The notes beneath the pieces are model-generated. The model was not told where the DNA came from and did no database searches. It saw only the letters and a list, made by a program, of their open reading frames with translations. A DNA stretch of 64,000 nt. Origin: Antedon mediterranea (lineage: Eukaryota > Animalia > Echinodermata). This document shows, in pieces, positions 27,354 through 38,045 of this stretch. Positions within the stretch are counted from its first letter, which is position 1. Each line of letters starts with the position of its first letter. Location: positions 7,306,201 through 7,370,200 of the forward strand of contig NC_092670.1 in NCBI RefSeq assembly GCF_964355755.1, read 5' to 3'. A program made the position numbers and the translations under genes.

Positions 27354-30300
27354 ATGTCAAGTCATGTACAGACGATCCATTATGGAAACCATAATCCACA
27401 ACAAAGTGGGATAATACTAACGCCCACAACACATGTACAACAGGAAGTCGTAATTAATGGAAATGATAGATCCATAAGACTTAACAGTAGTGCACAGGTA
27501 AACGAGCAGTTTTAAAGGGGAACGTTGAAGATGATGATAAAGATGATGTTGTTATAAAGGTTTAATGATATGATAAAGAGTTGATAAAGAAGAAGTTAAT
27601 AAAGCTGAAGATAGATATAATCATGAGCATGATCATATTGATGATGATGAATATGAAGATAGATGGTGGAGAAGTGGTCGAAAGTAATGTAGATGGAGAT
27701 GAATATAATAGTAATATAAGAAGATGATGATAGTATATTTTTATGAAGAATGTAATATGAAGGACGAGTGTAGAAGTTGATTACGAGGAAGATAGTAAAG
27801 AGAAGTTTGTCAAGATGATGGAAACCTTGATGATGTGTGTCATAGAAACAATCTGAGAGCTATCCTAATGTCAGTGGTCTACAATCATAATCTTGTCGAA
27901 CTGAGTCACTTTCATTAAAGGTTAGTGATACTCGTTTGAGAATGCTAGGACATGTACTTCAAAATGACGACAACACTCCTGCAGCTCTTGATATGCCATG
28001 CGTATGCATATAAGGAAAACAATAAAAACTGGTAGAATCGGTAGATCAAATAAGTATTAGTATTAGATAGGGTGTTGATGAAAAAAGATTATTAATGAGG
28101 ATGCCGATTAGAGTAGTAAAACAAACGGAAAAGTGTGTTGGCCCATAACATGTACGATAATTTATAATAATACATATTTAATTTAATGAGTAGTAACAGT
28201 AGTAACGGTCGGTCGGTCTGTCGGTCTGTCTGTCTGTCGGTCCGGTATCACTATGCGTTTTATCGCTTTCTGACCTTATCTTGATATCAGTTTAAAGATG
28301 TATTGTCCCTTGAAACACAAAAAATGAAAAAAAAAGATTCTAAATTTAAATTGGCCATATCAAAGTAATATTAAAGTCATTCACTTTAAGTCGAAAATTC
28401 AAGCCAAAAACTACAAGTTTATGTAATTAACAGGTAAATTAATTTGATTACATTTCGTCTGGAAAATCGTCACGGCCGAAAGTAAACAAAGATTTCAAAC
28501 GATTAGTATGCATTATGCATGATGCTAATTAGGATTGTTTACAACTCGTCGCGGTTGAGAAGGTGTTTTCACACAGATCGCGAAGAAGTTTTATGATTAT
28601 GCATACAGAGTAGCCAAACAAGCGCGTTGCATTATGAGATATGTTTTGATCGAAAACTTTGACTGGAAGTCAAAATAACCTCTGTATTTTTATTCTATTA
28701 TGATACTTCAAAATGACCCACTTTTTTTCGAAATATTAACAAAAATATTTTTTTTTTTAATTAGTCAAAGGGACAATACATCTTTAATCTAGATAAGTAA
28801 ATTTTTCCCAGTATATTCTTTATGGCCAGGAATCGATGTGGTTATGTTTTCACGGTGCGCAATAAAAAATGACGCGGTCTACGCACGATTTAACGAAATC
28901 ACGTTTGTTATCATATCTTCACAACCATGAATCACAAATAAAATTTGGTACTCATAAATTTCAGGACATAAATCATCATATGGCAATACAATTACGTGCG
29001 TAGCGCATGTAACGCATGCGTACGCGCGCTTAAAATTTTCAAAATTTATTTTCGATGAAATAAGAGTACGTTTCAGGCAATTTTAAGCGTTTACAAAATT
29101 GACATGAGTGCGCATATTTTTGCGCGCGCACTGCGCGTTAAATGTTATTGCGCACTCTTTTTGGCCGATTTCTGTTTTCTTGACTTACTTTTCAACTCGA
29201 AATTACGTTATACGAGCACGTCAAATGTGACAGGCTACGCACGTGTAAATTAAAAAAATATAAATGTTTTTAAACATTTCAACATTTTTAAACATGTTCA
29301 GTAATTTCGGTCAGTTGGTAGGTTGGTCGGTCGGTCGGTAAACACGCGACTGCAGCCATCTATATGGCCTTGTTATATACGAAAAGGGCAATTCTTACCA
29401 GGTTATTGATTACTTTTTTCTTTTTTTGTTCATTAGTAAAATACAATTTTATTTGTTGGTTGCTTAAAATAATAAGTGTATAAAAAAGGCTGTCTAATTT
29501 CTTTGTAGTATAGATATTCCAAAACAAAGTGATATTCATTTTCAACTACTGTACGTTGCATTTGCAAACTTTACAGATTCGTTTTTCCTTTTTATTTCAA
29601 CAAAACAAATAAATATATTATTTTGTTGTATTACTTGTTTAGATGTCATTTGGAATCCTGATTGGAATTTGTGGGATTACTGCAGTAAATTATGATTGCA
29701 ATATCTATTTTGGAGCAGGTATTTGGCTGGGAATCATGGTGAGATATAGCACATTTATATAGATTCATCAAGTTCATTAGTTATAAAATAGGCTGATAGA
29801 AAGTTTATTTTCTGTTATGAATCTACACTTAACTATAAATTATTGCCTGAAGAAAAATGTCAGTGGTGGCGGCGGCAGTGAATACGACGATGTCGATGAT
29901 GACGACGACGAAAACAAAATAGTTGATATATGTCAATTCTTGAATATCGGCCCTAGAATTTACTTAATTTATACTGGCATAAAAATGAAGAATTCATGAT
30001 TTCTGCCTTAGACGTCCAGTATTGAACATAGGCCTATTTATGTTCAGAGTACATCATCTCAACTAAGACACCATACCATTGTATATGTAGCTAGGAGGGG
30101 CGTCCAATGGAATGAAGACACTACAGAAGCTTCACAATTTCAAATCACTTTACTTTTACGGATACATTACATTATAGTATGTCATATTTTGATCTATTTC
30201 AGATCATAGCCGGCGCTATCTGTGGGTTGATTGCCAGCATGCACTCGATGGACTTCGAACAAAAGAAATGCATAGTAGGTACTATAAAACATATAACATC

Positions 30301-33300
30301 TTTTAAAAGCTGCTATTACTTTGGTAATATTTATATAGTAGCTAAGTTACTTGATTTCTATAAATAATAATTAATAAACAAGTAAAGAGAGAGAAGAATA
30401 CTGGAAAATAATATTAGCAGATAGACATACCGAAGAACATTTTAGAAAATACAAGAGAAGACAATAGACAATTAAATACTACTATAATAATATAATAGCT
30501 AATATAAGGACTGAACTGAGTCCATGAAATACTTGTCAGACTAACTCAAAGTGAACAGTGTATACAAGCTGTTACACTACACTAAGAGGAGACAGCACAA
30601 TACAACAAATCGATGAAACATTTATCTTTCGTTGCACATACCCTCTTGTGTTGCGTTCTTGTGTTGCGTTCTTGTGTGAACTATTAATAGTAACAAAGAA
30701 CTTACAACACAACAATCTCCTCTTCGTCCGAAGCTTGTAACAATTTTGAAAGGCATTGTAGGATAGAATAATGGGTGGCGCCATTGTGAGCCATGGAGTA
30801 GCGTGCCCGCATCAAATTGGAAAGTCAAAATCATAAAAGGGATCTGCGAATAGTATAGGGGAGGGTGGGGGGTTGGATAGAGTAATTGACTGAGCCCTCT
30901 ATAGGAATTAATAATTTTGACTTACTAGTTTGGAGAGGGCGCTGCTCCATGCTGTGAAATGGCGTCGCCCAGTTTGACCTTTTAACCCTGTACTTCTGAT
31001 ACTGTGTTTTGAATGCAACTTGAAGAACAGGAGATTCTTGAGTTCTTTGATAGTAATACAAATAATAGTTTCTGTACAGAAAATAATGAAGTCATTAACA
31101 ATTGAAGAGCCTAATAAACGGCACTTATAGCAAAATGCAAATATTAGTGTCAATACTTAAGTTCAGCTGAATATACTTTATTCAAAACAAGTTTTACAAT
31201 TAAGATTAATGTTTTTTATTTTTACAGTTAGTTACATTTAATGTAAGCAATATCATTGTCGGCTTGCATGCATTGTGTGTAGGTATCGTATCCTGCGTTG
31301 CTGCTTTTAATGAACCGGAATATTACGAGTTTTATGATTGGTTATACGACGTACCGGTAAGTGAATGCATTCTTTGATCTTTGATTGATTGATTGATTCT
31401 TTCTTTATTTTTCACACAACATTCATAACACATATCAAAAAAAGGAAAATAAAGTACAATAAAGTTTGAAAAACAGGATAACCACAAGCAAGCAAAGCTT
31501 TTTATCTGTGGCATCTAACTTAAAATATAAATTTACAAATACATTACAAAAATGTTTTCATGTAGTAAATCAATTATTAAAGAAAATACAAAGTGCTGTA
31601 ATATAAAAATACATCACAGTCACAGAATATATACAAAAATGTAATTAATTAATTTGAAACGATAAAGATACAAGATGATGAATATGTTATATATAAAGAA
31701 AGAATTCACATGTATTGGAAGTAATAAACTGAATATCTTCTTTTAAGAAAAATAAATGTATAAATAATCATGTTAGAAAAACACTATCGCTTTATGATGA
31801 TGAACAACTCTAAAATGTAAATAGGAAATGCTTTTTTTTTATTTTATATCTATTATGTTGTGTTTATTGTTTTATGTTTTTTATGTAAAATGGTCCTGCG
31901 AAAACAGAAGTGTCGATCAACTTCTCTATGCAGGATCCATGCCATCATTTATGCTATAAAATTATGTTTATAAACGATGAGTAAATAAATGTGAATTAAA
32001 ATGTCTAAGTTAGACATATTTTACAAATGTTGTTTTCACAAAGATATATTGTTTCTTTATAACTATTAATGCGTTTATTTAGTAATAGTTGTTTAAATAT
32101 GGATATATTTTTACTCTATATTATATTTCTTATAAGTTAGACATTTCTTAGACATCCAATAACAACAAAATCATACAAAAGTTTACAGAATTATTTAATT
32201 GGCTGTAATCTATTATACCTATGCTTTTGTTTTATAGAGTTCACCGAAAATTCTTCGAATTTCAATCGATGCGAATTTGGCCATGTGGTCTTTTTGTGAG
32301 ATCGCCACTGTAATATGGGCTTTAGTTCTGGCGTCAGCACATAGGCCTTCGATTAATACGGTACCCAAATCAATTCAGCTGCTACTGTATAACTATTAAC
32401 CACTACCATTATATTATAGGCGGTCCGGGTATTCATTATACTATAATCAATAGGCGTAGAGGATACTAGAAATTAATATAGTAAGCCTACTTGAAGAGAG
32501 TGAAACAGTGTGCTTGAAAGTTAAAATTCTCATTTCTGATCGATTTGAGTTAGGTGCAAACATATTATGTAACTAGTAGTAGGCCTAGCTATATTTTCTA
32601 GCAAACGTAAATAAATGTTCATACAGCAGAAATTAGTTTAGATAACAATAATAATACAGTATAGGCCTAGGTTGTTATGTCCCTCAACCATTTTTATTTG
32701 CTTTACAATATAGGTAGTTCCACAACCAGTCTTACAAACTAACACTGGCGTTACAACTGTACAGTACTACCAACAACAGCAACAACCACCAGGCGGTAAG
32801 CAATTTATTTATTGATAACAAGTATCATACAGTCTTTAAGCTAAAAACTGAATAGTTTTGCTTCTGCAAAACAAAATTAAAAACCAACAATGTTATTTAT
32901 TTATTTATTCCACATTTATTTAGTCATCAATCACATCATAATTGCAATACAACTGATAAAAAGGATCCTGCATAAAAAAGCTGTAGCTTCGTTTGTTTTT
33001 TTTTGCAGGACCCTTTTACATAAGAACCATATAAGGAAGTATAACTTAGATAAAACAGTCATTTCCCATAAACAAAGGTGTTAATCAGCATAAAATAGTG
33101 ATAAAAAGTATTTTTGACCTGTTTTTATACATTTATTTTGTTTCTTTAAAATAACCGGTTTATTATCACCATTGTGAATTCTTTCCACATTTTTGGTGTA
33201 TAAACTGTTGACTGCAAGTTAGTCTTGTGAAGGGAATTTTGAATTCAGTTTCTGTTCTGAGGTTATGAGTAGGCCTAATACTGTCACAGTAATTAAAAAT

Positions 33301-36051
33301 ATTTAAAATATGATGTGGTAATTCATTAAATTTTACATTTGCCATAAATCCTATGACGTTTACTTTGTGAATATCATAAACATTTAATATTTTTAGTTTC
33401 TTAAACAGTGGCTCTGGGGCTTGTCTGAGTTTAGAGAAGGTAATGCATTTTACAGCTCTCTTTTGGAGTTTTAGTATTACTTCACATTCATTTAGACTAG
33501 ACAAAAAGTAGTGAGCCCTCTAGCGGTCATTTGTGATTTCTGAGATTCATCGAAGCGCGACAACATCACCCGGAAATGATGTGAATTTAAAATTTTAATA
33601 GGGGTTAAACTCTTTTAACCAATTGAAAGCCTTAAATTATAGTTCCTTATGAATAATTCATGAGAATAATTAAAGCAAGGGTTGAAGAAGCATGTGACTT
33701 GGTTTTTGGAACAGGATAGCAGTTATGATCGTGTCAGGTAATCATTGAATTTGCTCTTCTTTTTGTTAGATTTTATACGGTTTTTATCAATAATAATATT
33801 GTACATTTTTACGAGACCATAAAAAAATTCCTCAATTTTTTAGTAAACGAGTGACTAAATAAAAAGTTACTATGTAATGTAAATATTCGTTTGACAAAAA
33901 ATGGGCATGTTGATATTTTCAGGTATTTTTTAAATGGCGATTGAAATAGGTAAACAAATCACATGTATAACGGTGGTTTGTGCGAAGCTGGGCCTAGCCT
34001 TGATGGTCCAACTCGTACTGCGTGTTAATCAATGCGTATAAGATACACACGTAGTCGTTTAGGCCAATTTTTTTACATGTTTATTTATTAATATTAGGCC
34101 TTATTCTCATTTATTTTAATTAATGTACTGAATGTACCACACTTTACAACTCTATATAAATTAGATTTTGTACTTGTATTAAATTCAAACGTTTTATGGG
34201 ATTTAAAACATTAAGCTAGGCCTTGTAGTAGGCCTAGGACCACATGCTAGGTTTTTCAGCCTAATTTATCATGCAGTATACCTCTAGCCCATCTTTCAAA
34301 TACATATTTAAATTAACATACTTTTTATATTTCTATATTTTTTATAGGATCTGACTCCAGAAAACATTTGCATCACTTGAAAGCGGCTATTTATGGACAG
34401 CATGTTGACATTTAAAAAAATTTGACCAGCTCTTATTAATTAAATGTCTTTTAAATTAAAGGTTTTCATTATAATGAAATGTACGGTGACAGAAATTTAA
34501 ATGATTCTCATAATTGAGGTTTCTCATAGATTTAATATTGAAGGTAAATAAATAAAGCTGTTTGTTATTCTTGCCTTTAGAAATAAACATGTTGTTAGTA
34601 CTATATTATTAGGCCTAGGCCATTATACAAATTAAAACTAAAAAATACAGTAATCATATTTAAGGCCTACACACAGTACCTTACTTGATTTGATTTTTTT
34701 CAAATATTTAATTGATGAAATAAATGAGTTTGACTTTTCAATTAGTTGCCATTTTATTAGTTTCTGTGTGTTTTTATTTATATTCTTAAAACAATTGTAT
34801 ACAACAACTTTAAAGTATTGCGCAGAAGTGATCAAATTATAGTAGGCCTATTTGTATGTTATTGTCGCTTAAAATTATGCAGTTAAAGTATTTGATTTTA
34901 GGGTGACAGAAACGGTTAGGCAAGAAAAGAAATAAATTTGGGAATTTTGTTATGCGGTAAAAACAATTAAACATAATTTACCCGTAATGCATGTAAATGT
35001 AGAAAACATTTGCTTATGTTAGCGCGACCGAAACTCGCTACTGGGAATAGATCCTGCAAAAGCGACGCGTACACACCTACTCGGGCACCGGTGGAGCGCG
35101 ATCGATAGTAAATATACCCGATTTCAAATGATCATAAAATTCTTTTTAAAAATATCAACATTTTGATTTTTTGAGGATTAAAAGTAAAGATATTGAAATT
35201 TAACATAATATTTACAAATATGTATTTAAAAATTCGGAAACAATTTTAGCGTGATATTAAAACAAACTTTTTAGAGTTCCGCGATTTCCTACGCAGGATT
35301 TGTTTGTTTTCATTGTTAATGGGCGAATGTTACCTAAACTAGAATCGTTATAAATCTTTTAAATTTGTATTATAAGTAATTTCTTTAGTATTCTTAGTAA
35401 CATCGAATGTCTCTAATTAACTAGCAGTTATTTATACTAACTATTGTTCAATAATAAGCGTGTATGAAGTGAAAATCTATAGTAATAATGTTCTTAGTCA
35501 GTTCGTCTCGCTCGCGTGAAGTCTTCGGGTTTCTCAATACAATTCTCAGCGGTAAAGATAGGCTCGCGCTAATGTTTAAATCAAAAGGGCTCTCAAAACA
35601 CTTTTTGTCCAAAATTCGCAATATGACGTGAGTGTGACTTCTAACGTGCTCTTGTATGTATTTCCCATATTAAGTTACCATACTGAAGGCGAGGTAATAC
35701 TAAGGTGTTATACAGACTAATAAGGACTTTATGAGGAAAGCATTCTTCTACTTTTAAAAGTATACCAGTTGCCCTAGACAATTTTTTCCTAATAAGCTAA
35801 TAAGCATACTATATAGCTAGTAGTTTAATTTCGTTATTGCACAGCTCAATTTAGTTTTCATTTTTGTTACAGTGTTCGTGAATACCATACAGCCAAACTT
35901 ACAATACCATTCTTATCCGGGCCAGTCACACTTAGGCCTGCCGCAACCGGGACAACCGCAACCGGGTCAGTCACAACCAGGCCAGTCACGACAACCCGAT
36001 CATCTGCACCAGCCGCACTCGGACCAACCGCTTCCGGGCCAGACTGTTTAA
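27354..36051 (+). CDS. MS4A/CD20-like four-transmembrane protein, copy 4 (~274 aa)
   Basis: Coding exons 27354-27497, 29643-29738, 30203-30274, 31228-31356, 32238-32360, 32714-32795, 35873-36051 (QPGQ repeats). Non-coding first exon ends at 26081. Probable 3'UTR exon from 37161 with AATAAA at ~37352. Confidence 0.87.
28200..29375 (+). mobile_element. Non-autonomous Helentron/DINE-1-like (HINE) element
   Basis: (GGTC/TGTC)n microsatellites near both ends and a 3' stem-loop GCAGCCATCTATATGGCCTTGTT. The 5' boundary is approximate. Confidence 0.6.
28296..28783. mobile_element. MITE with TTAA TSD and AG...CT termini (Kolobok-like), nested in the HINE
   Basis: Perfect 16-bp TIR AGATGTATTGTCCCTT / AAGGGACAATACATCT; TTAA at 28292-28295 and 28784-28787. 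Confidence 0.85.
32893..35800 (-). mobile_element. 5'-truncated CR1/L2-group LINE remnant (end of ORF2, 3'UTR and (AATA)n tail), split by a DNA transposon
   Basis: 35790-35641 translates to GILLKV...LISLYNTLVLPRLQYGNLIW(G)NTYKSTL (one 1-bp deletion) and resumes at 33482 with EVILKLQKRAVKCITFSK...EPLFKKLKILNVYDI, typical of the post-RT region. Confidence 0.85.
33483..35636. mobile_element. Non-autonomous DNA transposon, CAC...GTG termini, 4-bp TSD (Chapaev/CMC-like), asymmetric RSS-like ends
   Basis: TSD ACTT at 33479-33482 and 35637-35640. Removing the element plus one TSD rejoins the LINE peptide NTYKSTL-EVILKLQKR. Ends share inverted blocks CACAYTCA, GACAAAAAGT and GAGCCCT. No transposase ORF. 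Confidence 0.85.
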
Positions 36052-36057
36052 TGTAAG

Positions 36058-36378
36058 CGTGTGAGGGCGTGTGGCGCAGTGTGTTGGACGTTGGACTACC
36101 GATCGTCAGACCTAGGTTCGAATCCAACTCTCGCCGCATTGCTTGTATCCGTAGACAAGATACTTTACTTACGTTGCCTCTCTCCACCCAGGTGTATAAA
36201 TGGGTAGCCAGTTAGATCTAGACACAACTGCGCTGGTTACCGGCTGCATTATGGGAGTATGTTTCCATACGTGTTTGATCCCAAAAAATACTGGGGTAAT
36301 AATGCTTGTAAAGCGCCCTTGAGCATGATTACTCATGAAAAGGGCGCTATATAAATCTGGTATTATTATTATTATAAG
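36058..36378 (+). mobile_element. tRNA-derived SINE with L2-type tail
   Basis: A box TGGCGCAGTG, B box GGTTCGAATCC, core CTCTCCACCCAGGTGTATAAATGGGTA, tail GTAAAGCGCC...GGCGCTATATAAAT...(TAT)n. Confidence 0.85.
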
Positions 36379-38045
36379 TAGACTCAGTCCAAAGAAATGG
36401 GTAATTAATAATATGATGATGACGATGTAGATAATATAATCACAAAAACAATTAGGATATGATGACGACGATAACGAAGACGATTACGTAGATTTAAATG
36501 CGACAAACAAATAAAGAGATGAATGATGATATTGACGAGAGAGAAGCATTTACGGATAATTTAAAATGATTATGCTACGGTTGTGTTTGGCCTGCTGTCA
36601 CGTCGACTGTACTATTACAGCCATTATAACACGCATAAATATTATATTACTCTTGTAGTGGGTCACATGGCATTTGACTATTAAAAGATCGTGTGATAGT
36701 ACTTTTTTAGCTTTGTTGTACGAAAAAAAAAATCTTCACACGTACAAACAAAAATCTAAAGACCAACTGTAAACAATACCGGAATGTAATGTAATTTAAA
36801 CCAGAAACTCACTTAAATTACCTTTTGCTCATTTTATGATTTTTATTAATTGGAACAATTCAACAACAAAAAAACACCACTAGCCTAAATCAGTTTAATA
36901 GTTGCCTAACCCAGCTATAAGCGTAATAATGTGTTTCGGTTGCTGACATATTAGGGTAGGATGTGTTATAAAACAAATAATGATGATGTTTATGAATGCG
37001 ATGCTACAAGTACTATGGATATTTAATAGAATTCCATATTTCACCACCAAAATAATACCACCACAGAACTAGAACCACCAAGCTACCATGAAAAAAGTAG
37101 AGCATGCATATAATACATTATTACTATATTAATACTATTATTATTGTTTTTATCTTTTAGAATAGCAAATGCGACGAATACAACTGACCCGGTACGCAGT
37201 AGTAATCACTCACTCGCTCACTTTCTTATTCACAACGCTATCTTATAATGTGACATTTCTATCATTTACTCAGCACGTAGAAAATGTATCCAGATTTCAT
37301 TCAAATGTTTGTAGCCTATATTTTTAGAAAATAAGATTACGTTTCTGCTTTAATAAAATACAACCCCTTAATGGACGTCACTGGTTAAGATGAGACAAGC
37401 TTAGAAGTGTGAAATCAATCAATCAAAGTAACACTTATTTCTCTTATAATTTCATAGTTAATACAAATTAACAGTAAATATGATTAAAATAAAAGGGGCA
37501 ACATTCCAAAAAAAGCGAAGCCCATAAAAACTGAAAAAGAAAGCAGGACAACACGGGAACCGAAAACAGGACAAAATCAGAAATAAAATGACGAACTTTT
37601 TGATGTTTTATATGTACCAAATTTGGTTTTAAAATGGAACAATAAAATATTCATGGAATCATCCTATCCTAGACGGATAATCACTACGCTCGCAAGAAGA
37701 AGGTATGCAATGAATGTATGTATCTCTCGCGTAGCCTACCTAGGCTTACTAGGCCTAATCGCTACCGGTACTCACTACTGTAAGCACAAATCAAATCTAC
37801 TGAGCACTAACGTTAATAATAAGTAAACATTACTTTATATTATAACCTACCTACTTTGTTAGGTAATGAGTATTCCAACCAAATTCCAAACAAATGATTC
37901 AATCCCAACGATAGCTGTTGACGGTTGACGGATCACATAATATAATAATTATGATCTGTATTGTTTTCAAATTTCCGCCAGTCAAGCTATATGACGTCAT
38001 AGCCCAACTTACGTATAATTGAATGATCACTTCAATCGAATGAAC

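Noticed and set aside
30540-31190. Possible LTR or TIR element in a copy 4 intron
   Set aside because: GC-richer with weak terminal similarity, but no consistent termini or TSD could be identified.
33166-33504. 112-aa ORF as a host gene
   Set aside because: It is a LINE ORF2 remnant; its apparent N-terminus comes from the inserted transposon end.
33483-35636. Bona fide ProtoRAG/RAGL or Transib element
   Set aside because: The TSD is 4 bp rather than 5, supported by the rejoined LINE peptide, and no RAG1/RAG2-like coding sequence is visible. Kept only as an RSS-like-ended Chapaev-type candidate.
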